Below are positions 39,879-49,713 of a DNA stretch of 64,000 nt, in pieces. The DNA is from an uncultured Nitrospirota bacterium. Lineage in GTDB: Bacteria > Nitrospinota > Nitrospinia > CAJXCL01. Each line of letters begins with the position of its first letter. Position 1 is the stretch's first letter. The DNA is taken from the NCBI GenBank assembly GCA_913051775.1, contig CAJXCL010000006.1, forward strand, positions 7,447 through 71,446, written 5' to 3'. The notes beneath the pieces were generated by a model. That model saw only the letters and a list, made by a program, of their open reading frames with translations, had not been told where the DNA came from and did not search any database. Both the position numbers and the translations under genes were made by a program.

Positions 39879-40985
39879 ATGAAGAATAATCTCAGCCGTC
39901 GTCTTGTGGAGTTAACCCGCGACCTTGTGCTTATTCCAACTAGTAGCTCACATCCCAATAATATTGAAAGATCTATTGAGTTGATCAAAAACCATCTTGA
40001 AGAAACCGAAGGAATAACTATCCAGACTTATCATTCACATGGCATTCCATCAATAACAGCGCTTCCAAAAAATCAACCAAAGCCGGACGTACTTTTCTGT
40101 GCTCACATCGATGTTGTTTCTTTGCCTGAAGATGCTTTTTACAGGTCGCGTATGGAGAACGGACGGATATATGGCCCAGGGGCTGCCGATATGAAAGGCG
40201 CTCTTGCCATTCTTCTTGAAATCTTTCGGGATATCCATGCCCGTCTACCTGACGCATCTTTAGGGCTTATGGTTACGACAGACGAAGAAAGGGGAGGGGA
40301 TTATGGGGTAAAATTTTTGTTTGAGGAAAAGGGACTAAGATGCGGTGTCGCAATAATACCGGACGCGGGTTCATTAAATGAAATCACTATTGAAGAAAAA
40401 GGGATTTTACACTTAGCTATCCGCTCTCATGGACCTGCAGGGCACGCCTGTCGTCCATGGTTAGTTGATAACCCAATGGAAAGACTTTTGGATTGCCTCA
40501 GACAGGTAAAATCTTTCTTTAATGAAATGAAAAAAGGTGGGGGTGATCACTGGTATTCGACATTTACAGTCACAATAATACGGACGAAAAATGAGGCATA
40601 CAACCGTATTCCTGCGCAAGTGGAGGCAATTTGTGATGTCCGTTTCACTCCTCCATCTACAACTGAAAAAATGATCGAAATTCTAAAGGATAAAATCGGT
40701 AAAGATATGGAACTGGAAGTTCTGATTTCAGCGGGGACGTCTCAATTTTCACCTGACCCTCTTTTTATTTCTGTAACCGAGGAAATTACCGGCAAACCGG
40801 TTAAGCTTTGCAAGTCGCACGGGGCAAGTGATGCTCGGTTTGTTACTTCTCTCGGAATTCCGGTCATAATATCCCGTCCTATAGTCGGAAATATTCACTC
40901 AGAAAATGAATGGATTGATATTGAATCCATGTCTACTCTCTACCGGATTTATGAAAAGTATTTGCTGAGAAAACTTGTTAAATGA
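39879..40985 (+). CDS. M20 family metallo-hydrolase (ArgE/DapE-like)
   Basis: AHIDVV, GAADMKG, DEERGG, GASDARF, NIHSENEWI. Confidence 0.9.
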   Translation: MKNNLSRRLVELTRDLVLIPTSSSHPNNIERSIELIKNHLEETEGITIQTYHSHGIPSITALPKNQPKPDVLFCAHIDVVSLPEDAFYRSRMENGRIYGPGAADMKGALAILLEIFRDIHARLPDASLGLMVTTDEERGGDYGVKFLFEEKGLRCGVAIIPDAGSLNEITIEEKGILHLAIRSHGPAGHACRPWLVDNPMERLLDCLRQVKSFFNEMKKGGGDHWYSTFTVTIIRTKNEAYNRIPAQVEAICDVRFTPPSTTEKMIEILKDKIGKDMELEVLISAGTSQFSPDPLFISVTEEITGKPVKLCKSHGASDARFVTSLGIPVIISRPIVGNIHSENEWIDIESMSTLYRIYEKYLLRKLVK

Positions 40986-41048
40986 TGCAGGCTAATCACA
41001 TGGACTCAAATCGATGATTTTCCTGTGGTCTTTGTCTTTGCAGTAAAA

Positions 41049-41447
41049 TTAGCCCGGAATTATTTTTAAAAAAATCTCTCTATTACGTGGTCCGTCAAAT
41101 TCCGCGAAAAATATTCCCTGCCATGTGCCGAGTACTAATTTCCCTCTTTCTATGATCACTGTCTCTGAAGCTCCGAAAAAAGAAGATTTTATATGGCTGT
41201 CCGAATTCCCTTCTCCATGGCGATAGTCCGGGTCATTGTGATCAATGAATTTTGAGGTTTTCAGGTTAATATCAGTGAGCACGGAGGGGTCCGCGTTTTC
41301 ATTGATAGTAATTCCCGCTGTTGTGTGAGGGCAGTAGATGAGTACAATACCGTCTGAAATTCCAATTTTCCGAACCGCCTTTGCAACATCACCTGTGATA
41401 TCCACAAATTCAGATCGATATTGGGTTTTCACTTTTAAAGCTATCAT
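41049..41447 (-). CDS. YjbQ/UPF0047 family protein (second paralog)
   Basis: PHTTAGITINENADP, NSDSHIKS, GTWQGIFFAEFDGPR. Confidence 0.92.
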   Translation of the reverse strand: MIALKVKTQYRSEFVDITGDVAKAVRKIGISDGIVLIYCPHTTAGITINENADPSVLTDINLKTSKFIDHNDPDYRHGEGNSDSHIKSSFFGASETVIIERGKLVLGTWQGIFFAEFDGPRNREIFLKIIPG

Positions 41448-41485
41448 TTTTTACCTTGAATGTCATAGCGCGACGGAGCCGCAAT

Positions 41486-41569
41486 CACAATTCGGTATAA
41501 AAAACCGAATTGGACGATTTCCGGAGGAAAGTCACACGGAGGGTTCAGACCAAGGATGGTCGCAATTAA
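41486..41569 (+). repeat. Dispersed structured repeat, copy C
   Basis: cacaattcggtataaaaaaccgaattggacgatttccggaggaaagtcacacggagggttcagaccaaggatggtcgcaattaa. Confidence 0.7.
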
Positions 41570-41633
41570 AATATTCATGACTATGAAGTCATGCTCAGCG
41601 GGGCGAAGAGCGCAAGGGGAAATTAAATTTATT

Positions 41634-42134
41634 CTAATGTTTTTTTAAAAATTTTTTCACAATCCATTTCGCGATTTCAGAAACATCATCTCTTTTAAAC
41701 TGCGGAATATCAAGGCCGTACTTATTGTCTGAAATAAGGGCGATAACGTGGTTATCGTTTTTGCAGGACAAATTGTTTTCCGCTAAATCAGCCGCAATTT
41801 CTATTTTATCATGATCTCCTTCCTTATATCCTTCAGCTATCAGTAAATCTGTGCCATCTGCATGTCGGAAAGCAATTTCATTTAAGGTAAGCTCTTTTTC
41901 GACATCGCGGACTAACGCAAGCATTTTAGGGGAAGATAGAATTGTTAAAGTAGCGCCGGCATGTTTATGTCGCCAACTGTCCTTTCCCTCTTTATCGAAA
42001 TCAAACCCATGACTCCTGTCATGTTTTACAGTTGCAATGCGGTATCCTTTATTAGTCAACTCAGGGATAAGCTTTTCGATAAAGGTCGTTTTCCCGCTAT
42101 TCGATTTACCTATAATAGATAAAACTGGTATCAT
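41634..42134 (-). CDS. mobB: Molybdopterin-guanine dinucleotide biosynthesis protein B
   Basis: GKSNSGKTT, VKHD, GKDSWRH..AGA, EGYK. Confidence 0.9.
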   Translation of the reverse strand: MIPVLSIIGKSNSGKTTFIEKLIPELTNKGYRIATVKHDRSHGFDFDKEGKDSWRHKHAGATLTILSSPKMLALVRDVEKELTLNEIAFRHADGTDLLIAEGYKEGDHDKIEIAADLAENNLSCKNDNHVIALISDNKYGLDIPQFKRDDVSEIAKWIVKKFLKKH

Positions 42135-42297
42135 ATTTTTTATATTTAAATATAAAGTTCTTTCTTAAAAAATCATATAATAACTTATACTTAAGTTTTC
42201 TTTATAATACAGCAAAACGATAGTTTTCAGCAGCGGCAGTGGAGTATACAGAGCGGTCAGGAGGCCGCAGCCACAATTTCTATAAAGGGATTATGCT

Positions 42298-44415
42298 ATG
42301 TCTTTTCTCGAGAAGTCAAGTCGTTTAAAGAAGCAGCTGACACTGCTTAATGTATATGCCATTGTTGTTGGAGCAACACTTGGAGACGGATTGTTTCTCC
42401 TTCCCGGTATTGCGACTCAACAGGCAGGTCCGGCTGTGGTTCTCTGTTATCTTATTGCTGTTCTTCCTCTTATACCCGCTATGTTCAGCGTAGTGGAACT
42501 TTCTACGGCAATGCCGCGTGCCGGTGGGGTATATTATTTCATCGACCGGAGTACGCATCCCCTTCTCGGAACTATAGGTGGACTTGGGACGTGGTGTGCT
42601 CTCATCTTGAAAATTTCCTTGGCTCTTATTGGGATGGGAGTCTATATAAATCTTTTTTTTCCCGATATGCCCTTTACACTTCTGGCTGCATGTCTTGCAT
42701 TGTTATTTGGATGTATCAATTTATTTAGTGCCGGGAAATCAGGTTCGTTACAGGTTATTATGGTTTTTGGCCTCCTGACATTTATTGGATGGTTCATAGG
42801 TGTAGGTTCTTTTCATATTGAAGCAAATCACTTCACCGGTTTTTTTAATAAAGGCACCGAAGCCTTTCTTTCCACCGCTGGACTGATCTATATAAGTTAT
42901 ATAGGTATTACGAAGATAGCCAGTGTTTCGGAGGAAATAAAGGATCCTGAAAGAAATCTCCCTCTCGGCATCTTTTTAGCCATGATTACGGTGGTAATTG
43001 TTTATGTTTTAGGCACATTGGTTATCGTGGGTGTTGTCCCGCCACAGAAACTTTTTGGTAGTCTCACACCTGTTGCAGATGCAGCGCATATACTGGCGGG
43101 ATCATGGGGAGTAAAAATTACTGCGATGGCCGCGTTGCTTGCTTTTTTATCCATAGCAAATGCCGGAATAATGAGCGCTTCAAGATATCCGCTTGCCATG
43201 AGCCGAGATCATCTACTACCTCGATATTTTACTTCATTTAATAAAAGTGGTATTCCGGACCGCGGAATCTATATTACCATCGCCATGGTTCTTGTTGTTA
43301 TTTTTCTTTTTGATCCACTTAAAATTGCCAAATTAGCAAGCGCTTTTCAACTGTTGATGTTTTCACTTATCTGCCTTGCTGTTATTGTTATGAGGGAGAG
43401 CAGGATAGAATCTTATGATCCAGGATACAGGTCTCCCCTGTACCCCTGGATGCAGATTTTTGGAATATTCGCCCCTTTTGTCCTTATTTTTGAAATTGGC
43501 ATGATCTCTTTATTGTTTACCTTCGGCCTCGTTCTCCTCAGCTCCGTATGGTATTTCTTCTATGCCCATGACAAAGTAGAACGGGTTGGCGCAATGTATC
43601 ATATTTTTGAACGAATGGGACAGCGTCGATTTGGCGGTCTTGATAGAGAACTTCGCGGTATTCTTGTTGAAAAAGGGTTGCGGGGTTCAGATCCTTTTGA
43701 TGAAGTGATTACACGAGCACAAGTTATAATGCTTTCAAAAAAGACCACCTTTGAACAAGCTGTATTACGAGCTTCAGATCTGCTGTCTCAGCATCTGCCA
43801 TACACAGCTGCTCAACTCACCAAACGTTTTTTGGAAGATACAAAATTGGGAATTACTCCTGTTACCCATGGCCTTGCTCTTCCTCACCTTCGACTTCCGA
43901 ACGTTAAGCGACCTGAAATGGTTCTTCTTCAATGTCGTCCGGGAATCATAATAGATAAAAATATGCAGATTCCTGATACAGGATACTCCTCTGGTCCGAT
44001 ACATGCCGTCTTCTTTCTTGTCAGCCCGTTGGAAAATCCAGGCCAGCACCTGCGAATCCTTGCTAGTATCGCCGGTCACGCGGACGACGACCGTTTTATA
44101 CCTGACTGGCTCTCCGCAACAAACGAAAATAAGTTAAAGAAATTGTTTCTCAAGGATAAGCATTTTCTCACTATCCACATTAAAGAGGATTCCCAAAGCG
44201 CTTCGTTTATTAGTCAGGCAATTGGTGATTTAGAATTGCCTGAAAACTGCCTGATTGCTTTTATTCTCCGAATTAATAAAACTATTATTCCCAGGGGAAA
44301 TACGGTGCTTGAAGAAAAAGACCTTATTACTTTTATTGGGGAGCCTCATGCTATAGAGCAAGTCTATAATCAATACGGAGGGCGCAAGCAGAAAAAAATT
44401 GAAGATTCCGCATAG
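42298..44415 (+). CDS. APC-family amino acid permease fused to PTS EIIA and TrkA-C domains
   Basis: ELSTAMPRAGG, SEEIKDPERNLP, YRSPLYPW; LALPHLR (EIIA His); IIPRGNTVLEEKD (TrkA-C). Confidence 0.85.
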   Translation: MSFLEKSSRLKKQLTLLNVYAIVVGATLGDGLFLLPGIATQQAGPAVVLCYLIAVLPLIPAMFSVVELSTAMPRAGGVYYFIDRSTHPLLGTIGGLGTWCALILKISLALIGMGVYINLFFPDMPFTLLAACLALLFGCINLFSAGKSGSLQVIMVFGLLTFIGWFIGVGSFHIEANHFTGFFNKGTEAFLSTAGLIYISYIGITKIASVSEEIKDPERNLPLGIFLAMITVVIVYVLGTLVIVGVVPPQKLFGSLTPVADAAHILAGSWGVKITAMAALLAFLSIANAGIMSASRYPLAMSRDHLLPRYFTSFNKSGIPDRGIYITIAMVLVVIFLFDPLKIAKLASAFQLLMFSLICLAVIVMRESRIESYDPGYRSPLYPWMQIFGIFAPFVLIFEIGMISLLFTFGLVLLSSVWYFFYAHDKVERVGAMYHIFERMGQRRFGGLDRELRGILVEKGLRGSDPFDEVITRAQVIMLSKKTTFEQAVLRASDLLSQHLPYTAAQLTKRFLEDTKLGITPVTHGLALPHLRLPNVKRPEMVLLQCRPGIIIDKNMQIPDTGYSSGPIHAVFFLVSPLENPGQHLRILASIAGHADDDRFIPDWLSATNENKLKKLFLKDKHFLTIHIKEDSQSASFISQAIGDLELPENCLIAFILRINKTIIPRGNTVLEEKDLITFIGEPHAIEQVYNQYGGRKQKKIEDSA

Positions 44416-44558
44416 CAACAGGCTGCAGGAATACGCTCGCAAAACACTTTCAGAAAGCGATAAATAAAACCAAAATATATATTATCTTTGCTGAGTATCA
44501 ATGTAGTCTTAAAAATGCTTTTGTCTCTTATTCCTTAATAAATCTTATTAGTAATAAT

Positions 44559-45338
44559 ATGAAAATTTCTCTATTTCAAATTGACGCTTTTGCAAGTAGG
44601 GTTTTCTCAGGAAATTCTGCTGCAGTGTGTCCTCTCGATAAATGGATTGATGATTCCATCATGCAGGCTATAGCGAGAGAAAATAACCTTTCTGAAACAG
44701 CGTTTTTCGTAAAGAGGGAGAAGCAGTATGAACTGCGCTGGTTTACGCCGGTTACCGAAGTAGACCTCTGCGGGCACGCTACTTTAGCCGCCGCTTTCGT
44801 ATTATTCAATGAACTAAAAATATCGGCAAAGGAAATCGTGTTTCATACAAAAAGCGGTCCGCTTACTGTTGAACAAAAAGGAGAGCTTTTGGAAATGGAT
44901 TTTCCCATGCAGCTACCGGTTGCCTGTGATGTTCCTAATGATTTAATCAAAGGGTTAGGCAAAAAACCGGCAGAAGTTTTAAATTCAGAGGATTATTTGG
45001 CAATCTTTGATTCTGAAAGCAAAGTAAGAAATATAAAGCCGGACTTTGAACGACTGAAACGTCTTGACTTAAGAGGTGTAATTGTAACCTCACCCGGAGA
45101 GAAATCGGATTTTGTATCCCGGTTTTTTGCTCCAAAATTAGGTATTAATGAAGACCCAGTAACAGGATCTGCCCACTGTTCATTAGCTCCCTACTGGAAA
45201 AGACGCCTGGGAAAGAGCAAACTACATGCTATTCAATTATCTTCACAAGGCGGAGAATTATACTGTGAAATTCTTGATAAAAGGGTACTGATTTCAGGGA
45301 AAGCAGTTAAATTTTCGCATCGGGAAATTTTTGTTTGA
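44559..45338 (+). CDS. PhzF family isomerase
   Basis: QIDAF..GNSAAV, NLSETAF, EVDLCGHATLA, EDPVTGSAH. Confidence 0.93.
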   Translation: MKISLFQIDAFASRVFSGNSAAVCPLDKWIDDSIMQAIARENNLSETAFFVKREKQYELRWFTPVTEVDLCGHATLAAAFVLFNELKISAKEIVFHTKSGPLTVEQKGELLEMDFPMQLPVACDVPNDLIKGLGKKPAEVLNSEDYLAIFDSESKVRNIKPDFERLKRLDLRGVIVTSPGEKSDFVSRFFAPKLGINEDPVTGSAHCSLAPYWKRRLGKSKLHAIQLSSQGGELYCEILDKRVLISGKAVKFSHREIFV

Positions 45339-45491
45339 AAGTGCAGATCTCTACATTAAAGATTTCTTGCAACGATCCCTGTACCAGTGAGGTTTAGGGC
45401 TTGTTGCGTGTGGCTTTAATTCAATAAATTTTCATAAAGTAAAATGTTTTATGAATTCGCCTTGTAAATTACTAAAGTATTTTATGCTATA

Positions 45492-45961
45492 GGAATCCTG
45501 AAAGGTGTTACAACGAAGGATCTATTTGGGGCAAGAAGGTAAGAACGAGTTTCTGAAAACAAAAAAGGGAAACGATGAAAAATATTTTAGATACTTCCGC
45601 AATTTTATCATATTTGGGAAAAGAAAAAGGCTCTGCAAAACTAGATTCTTTTAAAAGTGGATTGGCAATACCTTTTATAGCTTTAACCAAACTTTATCAG
45701 ACTAGCTGACAGAAAAAGGGAAAGGTGACAGCAGAGAAAATAAACGGTGTGGTAAAAGCCTAATAACTTCCAATGCTCTTGCCGGATGAAAAAATTATTC
45801 TCACGGTAGGCAAGTTTAAAGTAAATTACCATCTGGGCATTGCCGATACTTTTATCATTTACTTCGCGTATAATAGAAAATATTCGTTGGTGACCAAAGA
45901 CCCGGATTTTGAGATCTTAAAAGACAAGGTGAAAAATTTTTATGGCTTTGAGCTTTCATAA
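45492..45961 (+). pseudogene. Decayed vapBC toxin-antitoxin locus (antitoxin C-terminal remnant plus PIN toxin with internal stops)
   Basis: From 45575: MKNILDTSAILSYL..*..**..LGIADTFI..LVTKDPDF; upstream GILKGVTTKDLFGARR*ERV ends in ATGA overlap. Confidence 0.7.
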
Positions 45962-46082
45962 ATAATTATTATTTCCGGACAGTACGCTTTTTTCAAAGTC
46001 CAATCACCATCTTAAATCTTTAAACCCAGAGTAAGATTTGGGATAATCACCTCTTATAACGGTCTTGCAATTTTTTCATTCT

Positions 46083-46823
46083 ATGCATCGATTCTTTTTA
46101 AAACAAAAACAAATTCTAAATAATAATGTCTTTTTTAATCCCGAAGAAAGTAAACAGATCAAAAATGTCCTGCGCCTTTCAACAAAGGACCGCCTTTTGG
46201 TTTTGGATAATCAAGGAAACACCTATACAGTGGAAATCTCAAAATCAGATAATAAAACTTTAAAAGGAAATATTATTAAAAAGCAATTTGAAAGTCCTGA
46301 CTCTAGGTTCTCAATAACATTAGGACAGGCTTTAACTAAAGGTTCGAAAATAGATTTTATTATTCAAAAGGCGACAGAACTGGGTGTGGAAAACATCACT
46401 TTTATCGAGACTGAAAGAAGTGTGGTCAAATATAAAAATGTTCAGGCAAAAGATAAATTGAAAAGATGGGAAAAAATAGCTAAAGAGGCCGCGGAGCAAT
46501 CGCATCGCTTAACTATTCCGACTGTTTCCTGCTACCGGAATTTAGAAGATTTTTGTGAAACTGATGAAAATGCAAACCTAAGATTGATATTTTGGGAAAA
46601 GGAAAAGGAAAAAAAGTTGAGAGATTACCTGAAAAATGATATTGGTATAAGCCGTTTATCAATATTGATTGGTCCTGAAGGGGGATTCAGCTCAAAAGAA
46701 ATCGAGCTGACCCGTAAATTCGGCTTCATTCCTGTAGGGTTAGGTTCTCGAATCCTTAAAACAGAAACGGCTGTATTATCTATTTTAAGCATTATCCAAT
46801 ACATAAATGAGGAATTAGGATAA
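46083..46823 (+). CDS. rsmE: 16S rRNA m3U1498 methyltransferase
   Basis: IQKATELGV, EAAEQS, IGPEGGFS, LGSRILKTETA. Confidence 0.95.
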   Translation: MHRFFLKQKQILNNNVFFNPEESKQIKNVLRLSTKDRLLVLDNQGNTYTVEISKSDNKTLKGNIIKKQFESPDSRFSITLGQALTKGSKIDFIIQKATELGVENITFIETERSVVKYKNVQAKDKLKRWEKIAKEAAEQSHRLTIPTVSCYRNLEDFCETDENANLRLIFWEKEKEKKLRDYLKNDIGISRLSILIGPEGGFSSKEIELTRKFGFIPVGLGSRILKTETAVLSILSIIQYINEELG

Positions 46824-46828
46824 AAGGT

Positions 46829-48388
46829 ATGGGAAAAATAAAAACAGCACTTATTAGTGTATCGGATAAAACAGGGATTGTTGAATTCGCAAAGTTTCTA
46901 TCAGAAAACAGAGTAGAAATATTATCTACAGGTGGTACGGCCACACTTCTAAAAGAAAATAGCCTGTCTGTAACAATGGTCTCAGAGTATACAGGATTTC
47001 CTGAAATGATGGATGGCAGGGTAAAGACCCTTCATCCAAAAATCCACGGTGGATTATTAGGAAAACGGGACGATGCAAATCACATGAAAGTGATGAAAGA
47101 ACACGGCATAAAGCCTATAGATATGTTAGTGGTGAATCTTTATCCATTTGAAGAAACGATCTCAAAAGAGGACTGTTCCTTTGAAGACGCCGTTGAAAAC
47201 ATTGATATTGGCGGGCCATCCATGATGAGGTCCGCTGCCAAAAATCATAAAGACGTCGCTGTTGTTGCAAACTCTCGCCGTTATGAAAAAATAATGCAGG
47301 AATTGAAGGATAATGACTTTTCTATCGGTAAAAAAACTAGACTGTCACTGGCACAGGAGGCGTTTGCCCATATTAGCCGCTACGACAGCCTTATTTCTGA
47401 TTATCTTTTAGAAAAAAGCGAAACTAGTAAATCTCATTATCCTGAAAACCATCATATTTTATTGAGAAAAATTCAGGATTTACGTTATGGAGAAAATCCT
47501 CACCAGAGCGCCGCTTTTTATATAGATGCTCGATCAGGAAATACAGACATTACACAGGCTCAACAGTTACAAGGGAAAGAACTCTCTTTTAATAATATTA
47601 TCGACCTGGACGCTGCTTTGAAAGTGGTTCTGGAGTTTAAGGAGACAGCTTCAGTTATTATTAAACATACAAATCCCTGCGGAATTGGTATTGATGAAAG
47701 CCTTGTTGAAGCGTACAAAAAGGCAAAGGAAACAGACCCTGTTTCTGCTTTCGGGGGTATTATTGGATTTAACAGAATAGTTGATGCGTCAACCGCTGAA
47801 GAAATTGTGATGACTTTTATCGAAGCTATGATTGCGCCTGATTACGAAAAAAAAGCGTTAGAGATACTTTCGAGGAAAAAGAATTTAAGACTGATGAAGC
47901 TGCCCGGGGGAGTGGGAAAAATGAATGGGGGAAACCTGGATATAAAAAGGGTGTCAGGTGGTTTACTTTTGCAAAATAATGACGATATAGATTTAGTAGA
48001 ATCGCAACTCAAAGTGGTTACTAAAAGACAGCCTTCTCAAGATCAATGGAAAGCATTGCGTTTTGCGTGGAAAGCGGCAAAACATGTGAAATCGAATGCC
48101 ATTGTCTTTGCAAAAAAAGACCGCACTATAGGTATTGGCGCCGGACAGATGAGTCGTGTTGATTCCACCAAGATTGCGGTTGAAAAAGCAAAAAGCTCTC
48201 TAAAAGGAACTGTTATGGCGTCAGACGCCTTCTTCCCTTTTCGAGATGCAATTGACGCGGCTGCTGAAAATGGGATAGCTGCTATAATTCAACCGGGCGG
48301 TTCTATAAAAGATGAGGAAGTAATTACGGCAGCCAATGAACACAAAATTGCTATGGTATTTACCGGCATCCGGCATTTTAAACATTAA
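46829..48388 (+). CDS. purH: Bifunctional AICAR transformylase/IMP cyclohydrolase
   Basis: [40 protein letters not shown]. Confidence 0.98.
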   Translation: MGKIKTALISVSDKTGIVEFAKFLSENRVEILSTGGTATLLKENSLSVTMVSEYTGFPEMMDGRVKTLHPKIHGGLLGKRDDANHMKVMKEHGIKPIDMLVVNLYPFEETISKEDCSFEDAVENIDIGGPSMMRSAAKNHKDVAVVANSRRYEKIMQELKDNDFSIGKKTRLSLAQEAFAHISRYDSLISDYLLEKSETSKSHYPENHHILLRKIQDLRYGENPHQSAAFYIDARSGNTDITQAQQLQGKELSFNNIIDLDAALKVVLEFKETASVIIKHTNPCGIGIDESLVEAYKKAKETDPVSAFGGIIGFNRIVDASTAEEIVMTFIEAMIAPDYEKKALEILSRKKNLRLMKLPGGVGKMNGGNLDIKRVSGGLLLQNNDDIDLVESQLKVVTKRQPSQDQWKALRFAWKAAKHVKSNAIVFAKKDRTIGIGAGQMSRVDSTKIAVEKAKSSLKGTVMASDAFFPFRDAIDAAAENGIAAIIQPGGSIKDEEVITAANEHKIAMVFTGIRHFKH

Positions 48389-48444
48389 TTTTTAGTTTTC
48401 GGTAGTCAGCAATTTGCTTATAGTCGGTCGGATACAGTTAAATC

Positions 48445-49713
48445 ATGAAAGTCTTAGTAATAGGCAGCGGGGGCAGGGAACACGCCCTGGTGTGGAAGAT
48501 TTCCCAGAGCCAGATGGTTTCTGAAATATTTTGCGCTCCGGGAAATCCCGGGATAGAAGACAAGGCAAGCCTTGTTGATATAAAGGCTGATGATATTGAT
48601 GGTTTGCTGAACTTTGCCAAAGATAAAAAGATTGATTTAACAATAGTAGGTCCTGAGCTGCCACTTACTTTAGGGATAGTGGATCTTTTCGAAGGAGCTG
48701 GACTTAAAATTTTTGGTCCGTCCAAAAAAGCTGCTGAGCTAGAAAAGAGTAAAGCCTTTAGCAAGGATCTCCTGAGAAAATATAAAATCCCCAGTGCAAA
48801 CTATAAACTCTTTACATCTTCTCAGAGTGCCGGAGAATATCTAAAAGATCAGAAGTTTCCAATTGTAATTAAAGCGGATGGTTTAGCCGCCGGGAAAGGT
48901 GTAATCATTTGTGATTCTTTAGAAAGCGCGGAACAGGCAGTAGAAGAAATACTGGTAAAAAAAATATTCGGTAGTGCCGGCAATAAAATAGTTATTGAAG
49001 AATTCCTTGAAGGGGAAGAAGTTTCTGTTCTTGCTTTTTCTGATGGAAATAATATAGTGCCTCTTGAGCCGGCTCAGGACCATAAAGCAATCTATGATGG
49101 AAATCGAGGGCCTAATACCGGAGGTATGGGAGCCTATTCTCCAGCGCCCATTTTTACCGATACTCTGGCTGAAGAAATTCTTGAAAATATTTTAAAACCC
49201 ACAATCAAGGCAATGGCTCTAGAAGGAAGGGCCTATAAAGGAATACTCTACGCCGGGTTAATGATTATACGCGAGGAACCAAAGGTTTTAGAATTTAATG
49301 TGCGGTTTGGCGATCCAGAAACTCAGCCTATTCTTATGCGGATGGAAAGTGACATTGTGCCACTTTTTCTTGCTGCTATTGAGGGGAGATTGGATAGTCA
49401 AAAAATAAAATGGCGTAAAGACGCATCTGTGTGCGTTGTGATGGCATCGGCAGGCTATCCTTACAGCTACCCAAAGGGAGAAAAAATTGAAGGGGTTGAT
49501 AAACTGAGAAACAGCAGGAATACTGTTGTTTTTCATGCAGGCACAAAAAAAGTTGATAACAAATTGGTGACTAACGGAGGAAGGGTATTGGGAGTTACCT
49601 CCCTTGGAAATACTGTTTCAGAGGCCATCAAAAATTCTTATCGGGCAGTCTCAAAGATTTCATGGGAGAATGTATATTACCGAAGAGATATTGGAAAGAA
49701 GGGGGTAAAGTGA
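48445..49713 (+). CDS. purD: Phosphoribosylamine-glycine ligase
   Basis: GSGGREHAL, KADGLAAGKGV, GPNTGGMG, RFGDPETQ. Confidence 0.98.
   Translation: MKVLVIGSGGREHALVWKISQSQMVSEIFCAPGNPGIEDKASLVDIKADDIDGLLNFAKDKKIDLTIVGPELPLTLGIVDLFEGAGLKIFGPSKKAAELEKSKAFSKDLLRKYKIPSANYKLFTSSQSAGEYLKDQKFPIVIKADGLAAGKGVIICDSLESAEQAVEEILVKKIFGSAGNKIVIEEFLEGEEVSVLAFSDGNNIVPLEPAQDHKAIYDGNRGPNTGGMGAYSPAPIFTDTLAEEILENILKPTIKAMALEGRAYKGILYAGLMIIREEPKVLEFNVRFGDPETQPILMRMESDIVPLFLAAIEGRLDSQKIKWRKDASVCVVMASAGYPYSYPKGEKIEGVDKLRNSRNTVVFHAGTKKVDNKLVTNGGRVLGVTSLGNTVSEAIKNSYRAVSKISWENVYYRRDIGKKGVK

Noticed and set aside
49662-49709. Upstream ATG start of the barrel gene
   Set aside because: It overlaps purD by 52 nt; GTG 49710 gives a normal signal peptide and stop-start coupling
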